In this document: positions 19,161-28,828 of the stretch, one piece after another
Position numbering within the stretch: the stretch's first letter is position 1
Layout of the letters: each line of letters opens with the position of its first letter
Source: Candidatus Poribacteria bacterium
GTDB lineage: Bacteria; Poribacteria; WGA-4E; WGA-3G
Assembly (NCBI GenBank): GCA_965197475.1
Contig: CBDANF010000003.1
Span: forward strand, 768,001 to 832,000
Length of the DNA stretch: 64,000 nucleotides
Direction: 5' to 3'
Notes under the pieces: model-generated
The model's input: the letters and a program-made list of their open reading frames with translations, nothing else
Database searches by the model: none
What the model was told of the DNA's origin: nothing
Translations under genes and position numbers: made by a program

Positions 19161-20420
19161 ATGACACAAAAAACAATGCCAACCTCCGACTTTCGTCCGC
19201 TCAATGTTGAAGCCATTCGCGAAGATTTCCCAATCTTTGCAGACACGCCGCCGTTAGCATTCCTTGACAGTGCTGCGTCAACGCAAACACCGCGCCCTGT
19301 CGTTGAGGCGATGGACGCGTATTATGATACTTACCGCTCCAATATACATCGCGGTATCTATCGGATTTCAGAAGAGGCGACAGAACAGTACGAACGCGCA
19401 CGGCAGAAGGTCACAGGATTGATTAACTCAGAACGTTCAAGCCAAATTGTCTTTACGCGGAATACGACGGAATCCATTAACCTCGTAGCATACAGTTGGG
19501 GGAGTGTAAATATCAAGCAAGGGGATGAGATCGTTCTCACCGTCCTTGAACACCATAGCAACCTCGTTCCGTGGCAGATGCTCGCTCAACGCACTGGTGC
19601 GAAACTCCGATTTCTTGAGATAACTGATGGAGGTTTGCTTGACTTCACACAACTGCGCGACGTGCTTTCCGAAAAAACGAAGCTGGTTGCTATAACGCAT
19701 GTTTCTAACGTTCTCGGCACAATTAACCCGATTCAGTCCGTTATTGATGCTGCACACGCTGCTGGTGCAAAAGTTATCGTGGACGCAGCGCAATCGGTGC
19801 CACACTTTCATGTGGACGTTCAGCAACTGGATTGCGATTTTCTCGCATTTTCTGGACATAAGATGTGTGGTCCGACCGGTGTCGGTGTGCTATACGGCAA
19901 ATTGGATCTGCTTGAGGAGATGCCACCGTTTCTCGGCGGCGGTTCAATGATCCGCTCTGTTGAACGTGACATTTCAACCTACGCAGACGTACCCGCGAAA
20001 TTTGAGGCAGGTACCCCGAGCATTGCTGAAGCCATCGGACTTGGCAGTGCTGTAGATTATATTATACAAGCAGGCTTGGCCTCGATTCATGTCCACGAAC
20101 AGGAACTGCTTAAACATGCACATAAATGCCTACAAGAAATTGAAGGCATCACACTTTATGGACCGGCACCGCATCAGAAAGCAGGTGTTATATCGTTTAA
20201 TATGGAAGGTATCCATCCGCACGATGTTGCCGGTATTTTGGATACGCAGAATATTGCTATTCGCGCAGGACATCACTGTGCACAACCATTGATGAAAAAA
20301 TTAGGTGTTATTGCAACTGCCCGTGCCAGTTTTTATCTATACAACACACTTGAAGATGTAGATCGTTTATACGAAGGACTCCAAAAGGCACAGGCACTTA
20401 TGATACGGAGAAAAAAATGA
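19161..20420 (+). CDS. sufS: Cysteine desulfurase (group II)
   Basis: LDSAAS, EHHSNLVPW, FSGHKMCGPTG, RAGHHCAQP. Confidence 0.96.
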   Translation: MTQKTMPTSDFRPLNVEAIREDFPIFADTPPLAFLDSAASTQTPRPVVEAMDAYYDTYRSNIHRGIYRISEEATEQYERARQKVTGLINSERSSQIVFTRNTTESINLVAYSWGSVNIKQGDEIVLTVLEHHSNLVPWQMLAQRTGAKLRFLEITDGGLLDFTQLRDVLSEKTKLVAITHVSNVLGTINPIQSVIDAAHAAGAKVIVDAAQSVPHFHVDVQQLDCDFLAFSGHKMCGPTGVGVLYGKLDLLEEMPPFLGGGSMIRSVERDISTYADVPAKFEAGTPSIAEAIGLGSAVDYIIQAGLASIHVHEQELLKHAHKCLQEIEGITLYGPAPHQKAGVISFNMEGIHPHDVAGILDTQNIAIRAGHHCAQPLMKKLGVIATARASFYLYNTLEDVDRLYEGLQKAQALMIRRKK

Positions 20421-20806
20421 ACATATATCAGGAAGAACTGCTTGACCATTACGAAAATCCAAGCAACTATGGGACGCTTCCGAACCCTGATATTTCACAT
20501 GAAGAGGATAACCCGTTATGCGGGGACACGATTCGCATTGACCTGATTGTTGAAGATGATACTATCAAAGAGGTGAGGTTTTGTGGACATGGATGCACAA
20601 TTAGTCAAGCCGCTGCCTCCATGCTCACTGAGAAAATTGAAGGCAAATCGCTTGAGGAAGTCAAAAAACTCACAAGAGACGACATCTTGGATATGATCGG
20701 CATTGATTTGGGACCCGTCCGTGTAAAATGTGCTTTGTTGGCTCTCAAAGTTCTCAAGGCTGGTACTTACGGGATCAAGGGCTGGCCCGGCGAAGAAGAT
20801 AAATAA
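20417..20806 (+). CDS. sufU: SUF system NifU-family sulfur-transfer protein
   Basis: NPLCGD, GCTISQAAAS, RVKCALL; overlaps the sufS stop. Confidence 0.93.
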   Translation: MNIYQEELLDHYENPSNYGTLPNPDISHEEDNPLCGDTIRIDLIVEDDTIKEVRFCGHGCTISQAAASMLTEKIEGKSLEEVKKLTRDDILDMIGIDLGPVRVKCALLALKVLKAGTYGIKGWPGEEDK

Positions 20807-20818
20807 GAAAGGAAGATA

Positions 20819-21130
20819 ATGCCAGAATACTATAAAGTTGCGACAGTTGGTGAAGTGCCACCCGGTACGAAAAAACTTGTTGAAGTAGATTTCGTCCCTG
20901 TGCTACTCTTTAACATAGAAGGCGAGTTTTACGCAATAGAAGATGTTTGCACACATGATGGCGGTCCTCTTGGTGAAGGCTTTCTTAACGGTGATGAGAT
21001 AGAATGCCCACGGCACGGCGCGCGATTTTGCGTCAAAACCGGTAAGGCACTTTGTATGCCCGCTATAGAAGACATTGAATGTTACCCTGTCAAAATTGAG
21101 GACGATGATATATTGGTTTGCATTGACTAA
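20819..21130 (+). CDS. Rieske [2Fe-2S] ferredoxin
   Basis: CTHDG...CPRHG. Confidence 0.93.
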   Translation: MPEYYKVATVGEVPPGTKKLVEVDFVPVLLFNIEGEFYAIEDVCTHDGGPLGEGFLNGDEIECPRHGARFCVKTGKALCMPAIEDIECYPVKIEDDDILVCID

Positions 21131-21219
21131 TACCCAATTAACCCAATTTGTAGTGTGAGGTCTCTGTGCCTTGCAATGCCGACTTTATCCGAAGACATCG
21201 AATCAAGTTAATTTGGTAT
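21130..21219. repeat. ~90-bp MITE-like repeat, copy 1
   Basis: TIRs ATACCCAATTAAC / GTTAATTTGGTAT; homologous to 23365-23454. Confidence 0.7.
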
Positions 21220-21274
21220 AATTTATTGCTACGTAAGAGTGGAATTACATAATCTACTATAGGAGGAAATCAAA

Positions 21275-21574
21275 ATGGTATCAGAAGAATCTGTATTAGA
21301 AAAAATCAAAGAAATTATTGACCCAGAGATCGGAATTAACATCGTTGACATGGGACTTATCTACGAGGTTGATATCAACGACACAACTGTAGATATTAAG
21401 ATGACCTTAACCAGTCCTGGTTGCCCCGCTGGTGGACAGATCGTCAACGGCGCGCAGCACGTTACCCAGCAGCTGGATGGCGTTGAAGAGGTCAATATCG
21501 AAGTCGTCTGGAATCCGCGTTGGACACCTGAATTGATGAGCGAAGACGCGAAGGACGAACTTGGTATTTTTTAA
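21275..21574 (+). CDS. DUF59 / SufT-like Fe-S assembly protein
   Basis: IDPEIGINIVDMGLIY, TLTSPGCP, PRWTPELMS. Confidence 0.92.
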   Translation: MVSEESVLEKIKEIIDPEIGINIVDMGLIYEVDINDTTVDIKMTLTSPGCPAGGQIVNGAQHVTQQLDGVEEVNIEVVWNPRWTPELMSEDAKDELGIF

Positions 21575-21638
21575 GTAGTTATCAGGTAAACTCCAATAAG
21601 CGAATTTTGTAAACACGGACGCATAGAGGAGAAGAATC

Positions 21639-22025
21639 ATGTCAGAAAAGACGTTTACTTCCACTGAATGCTTGATCGTGATAGCATATCTCGGTTTTCT
21701 ACAGTCAGTAAATCGAGAACAAGTTGATCGATCTCTAGCAGAGAGAGAAGTAAGTGAGTTTGGACCACCTCGCACCGAAAAAGGGAGTGAATCTATAAAA
21801 CACCCTGACTATACTTTAGAAGATCTGTTGACACAAATGCCTGAGACTAACGCAAAGAACAAGAAAGCGAAAGTTACACCATTTGGTCCCCCGCGGGCAG
21901 AAAAAGGAAGTTATCCCTTGAAACGTCCCGACTATACGCTGAAAGACTTACTGGACAAGGTTACAGAAAAAAATTCTCATGATGAAATAGACACTGGACC
22001 TCTGGTGGGCAATGAAGTATGGTAG
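21639..22025 (+). CDS. Putative MazE-like antitoxin with duplicated C-terminal module
   Basis: YTLxDLL twice and terminal HDEIDTGPLVGNEVW typical of the MazE C-terminus; overlaps mazF. Confidence 0.7.
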   Translation: MSEKTFTSTECLIVIAYLGFLQSVNREQVDRSLAEREVSEFGPPRTEKGSESIKHPDYTLEDLLTQMPETNAKNKKAKVTPFGPPRAEKGSYPLKRPDYTLKDLLDKVTEKNSHDEIDTGPLVGNEVW

Positions 22026-22375
22026 GATCAACAAACGTTCCACTGCGTGGGGATGTTGCATGGATTGATTTTAATCCTCAAGCTGGACATGAACAAGCTG
22101 GTCGTCGTCCGGCTATTGTACTCACTACCAAAGATTTTAACGATAAAACCAGTTTGGTTGTACTTTGTCCGATTACTCGGAGCAGCACGAGGGAACAAAG
22201 AAATCCGTTTGCAATCACGATTCCTGAAGGGTTAGATGTTGATGGAGTTATCCTTGCAGATCAGATTCGTACTATGGATTGGCGAGTGAGAGGAACGGAA
22301 TATATTTGTTCCGTGCCGACAGAGACAGTAGATGCCGTTTTACAGAGAATCGGAGTTCTCTTGAAAATTCTATAG
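22019..22375 (+). CDS. mazF: MazF/PemK toxin endoribonuclease
   Basis: RGDVAWIDFNPQAGHEQAGRRPA, CPIT, ILADQIRTMDW. Confidence 0.92.
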   Translation: MVGSTNVPLRGDVAWIDFNPQAGHEQAGRRPAIVLTTKDFNDKTSLVVLCPITRSSTREQRNPFAITIPEGLDVDGVILADQIRTMDWRVRGTEYICSVPTETVDAVLQRIGVLLKIL

Positions 22376-22457
22376 GTTCCTAAAATACTCACACAAAGTT
22401 AATGTATCCCACTTGCTATTTCATGATATTTTGAGAGTTTACCAATTTGTGTAAACG

Positions 22458-22853
22458 ATGAGTGACATGGCTACAGTTAGCAAAAGTCCGAAACTTCTTA
22501 AGAAACATGACAACGCCTTTCAGGTAGAATGGAAGGATGGACATGAAAGTTGGTATCCATACACCTACCTGCGGCAGATGTGTCCTTGTGCCGAATGTGC
22601 TATCATCCGGCACGAAGGGAAAGATGTTCATTCTCTCTTTTCGCCACAAGGCGACGGAGATATTACGTTGATTGAAGTTTCGGACGATATTCAACCACTT
22701 GATATCCAGTTGGTTGGTCGCTACGCGCTCCAATTCAGTTGGGATGATGGACACAATACAGGCATCTACCCCTTTGAAATCCTGCGAGAGACGTGTCCTT
22801 GCACGGAATGTGCCCCGTTGCCACCTTTACAAACCGAGGAAAAAACTGAATAA
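22458..22853 (+). CDS. DUF971 (GBBH-like N-terminal) protein
   Basis: LRQMCPCAEC, VGRYALQFSWDDGHNTGIY; extra C-terminal CPCTEC. Confidence 0.88.
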   Translation: MSDMATVSKSPKLLKKHDNAFQVEWKDGHESWYPYTYLRQMCPCAECAIIRHEGKDVHSLFSPQGDGDITLIEVSDDIQPLDIQLVGRYALQFSWDDGHNTGIYPFEILRETCPCTECAPLPPLQTEEKTE

Positions 22854-23188
22854 TGCAGACAAAACCCTCACTCCCTGAGATTTCACCACAAGAACTGAAA
22901 CAGAAACTGGACGAAAACGGATCAGTGCTGTTACTGGATGTCCGTGAACCGAGCGAATACGACATCGTGCATCTTGAAGGTGCGCGGTTAATACCGCTCA
23001 ACACGTTGCCCCACCATGTGGACAGCCTTCCATCAAACCAAGAAATTGTTGTCTACTGCCATCATGGACAACGTAGTCTCTATGCTACCGCCTATCTACA
23101 TCAAAATGGGTTTACCGATACCAAAAACCTTGTTGGCGGTATTGACCAGTGGGCAGCCGAAATTGATCCAACACTAAGGAGATATTAA
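22853..23188 (+). CDS. Rhodanese-like sulfurtransferase
   Basis: LDVREPSEY, YCHHGQRS, NLVGGIDQW. Confidence 0.92.
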   Translation: MQTKPSLPEISPQELKQKLDENGSVLLLDVREPSEYDIVHLEGARLIPLNTLPHHVDSLPSNQEIVVYCHHGQRSLYATAYLHQNGFTDTKNLVGGIDQWAAEIDPTLRRY

Positions 23189-23191
23189 AAC

Positions 23192-23380
23192 ATGCTTGTA
23201 GAATTTGAAAACCGATCCGGCGAAATGGAACAAGCCGAAATGGAAATTGACGAACCCTGTCCAATCTGTTGTGGTATGCTTTTCCCAGTTGTGGATTCCA
23301 AACCGGAGAGTGGATATCGATGTAGCAGCTGTGGACTCGTTTTTAAGCCTATAGAGGAAGAGAATATCCAATCAACCTGA
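23192..23380 (+). CDS. Small Zn-ribbon protein
   Basis: CPICC...CSSC; starts 3 bp after the rhodanese stop with an AAGGAG RBS. Confidence 0.7.
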   Translation: MLVEFENRSGEMEQAEMEIDEPCPICCGMLFPVVDSKPESGYRCSSCGLVFKPIEEENIQST

Positions 23381-23454
23381 TTTGTAGTGCAAGTTCTCCG
23401 TGCCTCGCAATGCTAACTTTTATTAGAAAACTTCAATTCAAGTTAATTTGGTAT
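23365..23454. repeat. ~90-bp MITE-like repeat, copy 2
   Basis: ATTTGTAGTG...GTGCCTCGCAATGC...TCAAGTTAATTTGGTATAA shared with copy 1. Confidence 0.7.
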
Positions 23455-23480
23455 AAGTCCAATTTATTTGAGAGAAAATC

Positions 23481-24236
23481 ATGATAAAATATTTGAAAAC
23501 TGGAATTCTAATTATATTCGTTCTTACTATGTCTCAATACTGTCTGGCGGGAACATGGCAAGACAATTTTGCTAATGCCGACACCGCTAAATGGGAGATA
23601 TTTAACATTGCAGCCTGGGAACATGCCCCAGACGTGAACACAGCAAAATGGGAAATCAAGAATGGTGAAGTTTACGGATCAATGCATGAATTATTTAAGA
23701 AGAGCATGTTTTTAACCGGCCAGTTAACATGGCGAAACTATTCAGTATCTTGTCGAGCAAAGTTCGTTGGGAATAAGGATAAGACCGCTATATTAGGGTT
23801 AATTCTACATGCCAGAGTTAAAGAAAACAAACGATATATATTCTTGATTAATTACTTTGATCAGAAAGCAGCAATTGTTGCAGCTGCAGGCAAACTTAAA
23901 CAGGGAGGCGAACCTTTTAAGGGGTGGACTCAAGAAATAGTAAAGTTTGATATAAAATTTGATACCTGGTATTTGTTTTCTGCTTCCGTTGTGGGAAGCA
24001 ACAGCCTCCACTTCAAAATAGAAAATTTGACGCAAGGCAATAACAAGACAGAGTTCAGTACAAATGTAATCGAACCGATAGACAAAGGTGGGTTAACAGG
24101 GTTTTTAGTCGAAAACGCGGATGCGGTGTTTGACGATATCGAAATTAGCGGCAATCGTATCCCCAATGGCGGTACGTTTCCCGTAGAACCACTTAGCAAA
24201 CTCACAACAACGTGGAGCAAACTAAAAAGGAAGTAA
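23481..24236 (+). CDS. Secreted beta-jellyroll (LamG/DUF1080-like) protein with Poribacteria-type C-terminal motif
   Basis: Signal peptide, FDDIEISG, PVEPLSKLTTTWSKLKRK. Confidence 0.75.
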   Translation: MIKYLKTGILIIFVLTMSQYCLAGTWQDNFANADTAKWEIFNIAAWEHAPDVNTAKWEIKNGEVYGSMHELFKKSMFLTGQLTWRNYSVSCRAKFVGNKDKTAILGLILHARVKENKRYIFLINYFDQKAAIVAAAGKLKQGGEPFKGWTQEIVKFDIKFDTWYLFSASVVGSNSLHFKIENLTQGNNKTEFSTNVIEPIDKGGLTGFLVENADAVFDDIEISGNRIPNGGTFPVEPLSKLTTTWSKLKRK

Positions 24237-24302
24237 AAACTAAACATTGCTGCCAACTTTGTTATGTAGACAGAAGTGGATTTATTATATATCCGCTTAA
24301 GA

Positions 24303-25394
24303 CTATTCAATCTTCCGAAAATCTGGCACTTCTACCGGCACACCCCCATTTGCAATAGATTCCTCTGAAACCAACCCCGGCACCGTAAAATCTATCGTCG
24401 TATAGACATCAATCGGAGGTGGTGTATCGGTGAGAATGCTATCAACAAAATCGCGCACCTTAAAATATTCCCCAAGATCGCCAACATTTTGAGTCTCAAC
24501 AGGCGGGTTTTTCCACCGTTCTGGCAGGAAATCAGACTCAAATTCGGAAAGCGGTTTCCACTGTTCCCCTGATTCAAATTCACTCAACCAAATCTTCGCT
24601 GCAGCACCGAGCCCACGCGAACTCTCATAACACCCTTTCGTTCCCTGAAGACTATAATGGGAATTCGCAGGGCGATTTGAGAGCATGTCAATGCGAATCT
24701 TGATTAACCCACCACCCTCCGTTTTGCAAAGCATCATCACTGTATCCTCCATCGCATGCTCTGGATCGGTATTAACGCCAGTGCCGAGACAACAGACACT
24801 TACAACGCGCTCACCAAACCACTGAAGCACAGGACCAAGGCTATGTGTTGCATAATTACACCGATTAATGCCTACTTGCCAGTAGTAACACCACGTCGGA
24901 TTGCCACTTGTATCGTGATGGAGCGATTTGATGTTATGGAGGTACTCTCCCTCCCCGAAATACACATCACCAAACAAACCTGCTTCTACGATACTCCGTA
25001 TCAACACATTTGACTTGGAATAGCAAGTATTTTCAGCCATTGTATACTTAGCAGATGAGTTACGAACTGCCCGAACAAGATCATAACATTCTTCTAACTT
25101 GACAGCAGCCGTCACCTCACTGATGACATGTTTTCCTGCTGCTAATGCCTCTATTGACTGCGGAACGTGCAGGTTTTCAGGTGTCGCAAGCACAACAAGG
25201 CCTACTGCATCTAACATTTCTGTATAATCTGTAAACCGATGCGGTACATTAAACCGTTCTGCGACGTTTTGGAGTGTAGTTTCATTGATGTCGCATACTG
25301 CCGTGACATCGGTTTCAGCTATCGCACCAAACGGCTGAAAATAAGAACTCCCTCGGTGTGCCCCAACAATCCCGACCTTCAGTTTATTAGCCAT
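24303..25394 (-). CDS. Gfo/Idh/MocA oxidoreductase
   Basis: KVGIVG, GKHVISEV, GEGEYLH, YATHSLGP. Confidence 0.9.
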   Translation of the reverse strand: MANKLKVGIVGAHRGSSYFQPFGAIAETDVTAVCDINETTLQNVAERFNVPHRFTDYTEMLDAVGLVVLATPENLHVPQSIEALAAGKHVISEVTAAVKLEECYDLVRAVRNSSAKYTMAENTCYSKSNVLIRSIVEAGLFGDVYFGEGEYLHNIKSLHHDTSGNPTWCYYWQVGINRCNYATHSLGPVLQWFGERVVSVCCLGTGVNTDPEHAMEDTVMMLCKTEGGGLIKIRIDMLSNRPANSHYSLQGTKGCYESSRGLGAAAKIWLSEFESGEQWKPLSEFESDFLPERWKNPPVETQNVGDLGEYFKVRDFVDSILTDTPPPIDVYTTIDFTVPGLVSEESIANGGVPVEVPDFRKIE

Positions 25395-25522
25395 GTATAT
25401 CTCCTTTCTAATATAACGTGAGTTCTAAATAAGGATTCAAGTGTAGTCGTAAGTTGGATAGAGCGGTAGTAGACAAAGTACTCTATAATCCGATAATCTT
25501 GAAAATCCTGGTTCAGACAAAA

Positions 25523-26860
25523 TCACATTAATCCCATACCATAGTTTATCGCCGATTGCATGTGTTTCAACGCAGCATAAATCTGCGGCAGTTCCTCAAA
25601 CCCGTAAGAGATGCGAAACTGCCGTTTACCGATGTCAACCATTTCTCCACTTGGATGGACGCAGTATTCACCTGGAATATAAATCACCTTGGGATGCAGA
25701 TCATGTGAAGGTCCATCTATGTCTTCCTGTCCAGTTGTTCGCGTCAAAAACCTGAAAAAATCGGATGTTGAATCGGTTGCGATGTTCGAGAGAGTCAAGT
25801 AATAATAGAAACCAGCACTCCCACCACTACACGCTTGAACGTTATCACCGAATAATTCAGTTATCCACGTTTTGACCTGTTTCGCCTTCTCTCTATACCC
25901 GTTATTGACTTTCTCAATTTGTGCTTCAATACCGTTGTCAAGCAGATAACTCGCAATTTCCTGATTTATGAGTGGCGCGCTGAAACCGATGTCGCTTGTA
26001 CGTTGGATGATACTGTCGAGAAATTTACCCTTAGGACCGATGAGATAGCCGATGCGTAACCCAGGCGCGAGAATTTTTGACAATGTGCCTATCTTGGACA
26101 CAATACCGAGTTCATCATAGCAGAGTGCAGATTCCAGAGGTTCAACGGTGCTATCATGCACAAGGTCACGGTAGGCATTGTCAAAAAAGAGCGGGATTTT
26201 TCGTCCGACTTCGTGCGAAAGTTCGGTGACAATCTCAACAAGTTCTTGTTTTCGGTGATTAGAGAGAATAGTGCAACTCGGGTTGTTAACCGTCACAACA
26301 TAGAAAAACTGGATAGCCTCTTTTGCACTTCCTAACGTCTTTAGTTTTACCTTCAAAAGATCAGTTTGTAGTCCCGCATTGTCCTCCGGTATTGCAACAA
26401 CAGTAAAACCTTTCCTTTCAAGATCGTTACAATAGATATAATACATCGGATCGGCAGTGAAAACGATGCCAGCAGGGAGTAGATGTGTGATGCTTTCTAA
26501 CAAACTGGTCGCGCCGTTTGCACCGATAACAATGTCTCTCGTGCTGAAGATTTCTGGCGTTATACTGCCGATCCAGTTGTCAACATGGAATTTCTTGAGC
26601 GACTCAATTAGGTTAGGAGAACCTTGCGCACTACCATAATTAAGTGATGCGCGGTACTTTTGAGGGTTAGCGAGAACCGCTTCACAAGCAGTCTGAATTT
26701 GTTGGCGTGGGATTGTGTTTTCGTTGACATACCCCACGCCGAGATTGATATCGTATCCATCCCGAAAACCGGCAGCGAAATCGGTCATCATTCGGTTAAC
26801 AGCAGATGGAACACTTGAAGCTTTTCCGTATTCAGAAAGTAAAACATCGCGCATCTTCAT
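25523..26860 (-). CDS. PLP-dependent aminotransferase class I/II
   Basis: NNPS, DNAY, GTLSKILAPGLRIGY. Confidence 0.9.
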   Translation of the reverse strand: MKMRDVLLSEYGKASSVPSAVNRMMTDFAAGFRDGYDINLGVGYVNENTIPRQQIQTACEAVLANPQKYRASLNYGSAQGSPNLIESLKKFHVDNWIGSITPEIFSTRDIVIGANGATSLLESITHLLPAGIVFTADPMYYIYCNDLERKGFTVVAIPEDNAGLQTDLLKVKLKTLGSAKEAIQFFYVVTVNNPSCTILSNHRKQELVEIVTELSHEVGRKIPLFFDNAYRDLVHDSTVEPLESALCYDELGIVSKIGTLSKILAPGLRIGYLIGPKGKFLDSIIQRTSDIGFSAPLINQEIASYLLDNGIEAQIEKVNNGYREKAKQVKTWITELFGDNVQACSGGSAGFYYYLTLSNIATDSTSDFFRFLTRTTGQEDIDGPSHDLHPKVIYIPGEYCVHPSGEMVDIGKRQFRISYGFEELPQIYAALKHMQSAINYGMGLM

Positions 26861-26884
26861 CTTTTGTTGTTGGGATCCGCCTAT

Positions 26885-27790
26885 CTACAGTAAATCTTTG
26901 AGAGCAGATTCAAGCGTGCGATACCGAAATTCGTAACCGCTCGCCTCAGTTTTCTCTGGGAGAACGTTCTGGCTCAGCACAACAAAGTCCGCAAACTCAC
27001 CCATCATTAACTTTAACCCGAACGCGGGGACAGGAAAAATAGTCGGCTTTCGGAGAACGGATCCGAGCGTTTTCGTGAACTCAATGTTTCTGACAGGTGC
27101 TGGGGCTGTCGCATTCAATGCACTGCTAATCTCTTCATTTTCCAAAGCGTGCATCACAATGCCAACCACGTCATCAACGTGAATCCACGACATCCATTGA
27201 TTACCGCTTCCGAGTTTGCCACCGACCCCCATTTTAAAAGGAGGCAGCACTTGTTCCAAAAGTCCACCACCTAAGCCGAGCACAAGTCCGATGCGAACTG
27301 AGACGACGCGTATCTCATACTCACTTGCTTTCTGTGCCTCCGCTTCCCATTCTTGGCAAACTTCAGCGAGAAAATCGGTGCCAGCAGGTGATGCCTCCGT
27401 CCAACTTTCGTCTCCACTGTCACCATACAACCCGATTGCTGACGCGCAAACAAGCACATCCGGTTTGCTATCAGAATCAAATGAAGCAACGAGGTTGCGG
27501 GTAGATAGGATACGACTGTCCCGTATCCGTCTTTTTTTCTCTGCGTTCCACCTTCCTGCAATAGTTTCACCTGCAAGGTGAATCACCGCTTGTACATCTG
27601 ATACCGCTTCTGATGGAAGTCGTTCTGTTTCCGGATTCCAAGCATAGGTTTCTTTTACGGATTGTAATTTAGTTTTGGCGCGTGCAGGATCGCGAGACAC
27701 CACATGCACCTCATAGCCTTTTTCGTGGAGGGCATCACAGACTCGACTTCCGATGAAACCGGTTCCACCGGTGACCAATACTTTTTTCAT
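26885..27790 (-). CDS. TIGR01777 family NAD-dependent epimerase/oxidoreductase
   Basis: TGGTGFIG, HLAGETIAGRW, GSGNQWMSWIH. Confidence 0.92.
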   Translation of the reverse strand: MKKVLVTGGTGFIGSRVCDALHEKGYEVHVVSRDPARAKTKLQSVKETYAWNPETERLPSEAVSDVQAVIHLAGETIAGRWNAEKKRRIRDSRILSTRNLVASFDSDSKPDVLVCASAIGLYGDSGDESWTEASPAGTDFLAEVCQEWEAEAQKASEYEIRVVSVRIGLVLGLGGGLLEQVLPPFKMGVGGKLGSGNQWMSWIHVDDVVGIVMHALENEEISSALNATAPAPVRNIEFTKTLGSVLRKPTIFPVPAFGLKLMMGEFADFVVLSQNVLPEKTEASGYEFRYRTLESALKDLL

Positions 27791-27817
27791 GGTTTACCTC
27801 CAATACACAAACACCCT

Positions 27818-27846
27818 GGTAGGCGCGGTTTGAAACCACGTCTACA
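27818..27846. repeat. REP-like palindrome
   Basis: GGTAGGCGCGGTTT-G-AAACCACGTCTACA. Confidence 0.6.
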
Positions 27847-27874
27847 GCGTTGTATAAATATTGTCTGTTTATTT

Positions 27875-28597
27875 TCAAAGTTCAGCGATAGTAGTTTCCA
27901 GTTGCCGATAATCATCTATCACTGCATCACTAAGTGTATCGTTTGTTTCTGTTTTATTGAATCCTGCGAACCGAATCGCTTTCATGCCAGCATTCTTCGC
28001 ACCAACAATATCCGTTCGCACAATATCCCCGATATGCACCGCGTCTTCCGGTGTAGCATTTAGCTGCTTCAACGTAGAATAGAATTGCACAACTTCCGGC
28101 TTTGTCCGCTCCGTTTCATCGGAGAACGTGAATGCCGAAAAGTATTGCAAAATTTCGTCACGTTCCATTAGTTGTCGTGCATAGCTGCCCGGTGTCAGTG
28201 CTGAATCTGAGATAATCCCCAGAGGACAAATTTCACTGATCCTTGCCAGCACCGGCTTAATATGCGATATAAGAACAGGAGGAGACGCTAAAAAAGCGTT
28301 GCCGAGACACACAATCAGAGAAGTGATCTCTGTTTCGTCAAGCGTAAGTTCAAGCGTTTCAGCAAACTTTAGCATACATGTTTCTACAGATACGCCATTG
28401 TGTTGATGCCACCGAGACATCACTACCTCATAAGCGTCATCCATTCCAATTTCTATATCAGAAGTTTGGCAAGAATAGCCTTGGTTAATCAAATACTTAT
28501 GGCAATTATCCACACGTATAGCCTGACGTTTCTGCCAGTTTTCAAGCGTATCAGCATAAAGTGTTTGCCAAAAATCGAATGTAATTGCTTTGAACAT
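27875..28597 (-). CDS. HAD-superfamily hydrolase
   Basis: FDFWQTL, ISD, KP, HIGDIVRTDIVGA. Confidence 0.92.
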   Translation of the reverse strand: MFKAITFDFWQTLYADTLENWQKRQAIRVDNCHKYLINQGYSCQTSDIEIGMDDAYEVVMSRWHQHNGVSVETCMLKFAETLELTLDETEITSLIVCLGNAFLASPPVLISHIKPVLARISEICPLGIISDSALTPGSYARQLMERDEILQYFSAFTFSDETERTKPEVVQFYSTLKQLNATPEDAVHIGDIVRTDIVGAKNAGMKAIRFAGFNKTETNDTLSDAVIDDYRQLETTIAEL

Positions 28598-28828
28598 CGC
28601 TTCTCCTATTTTACGCAGATTTCTCTAACCTCGCAAATCATTTTATCCTTTACAAGGTAAGATGTCAAGCGTCAAATGCAGAATACACAGTTTAGGCTAA
28701 CCGAAATCTTATTGAAAAGGTAAACGAAAGAATATATAGGAAGGTTGACCACTGAAGATTATCTTTTATCTCATGGTGTATGTGATGATGTGGTTAGAAC
28801 TATCTTGTGGGATGAGTTTGTAATCAGA

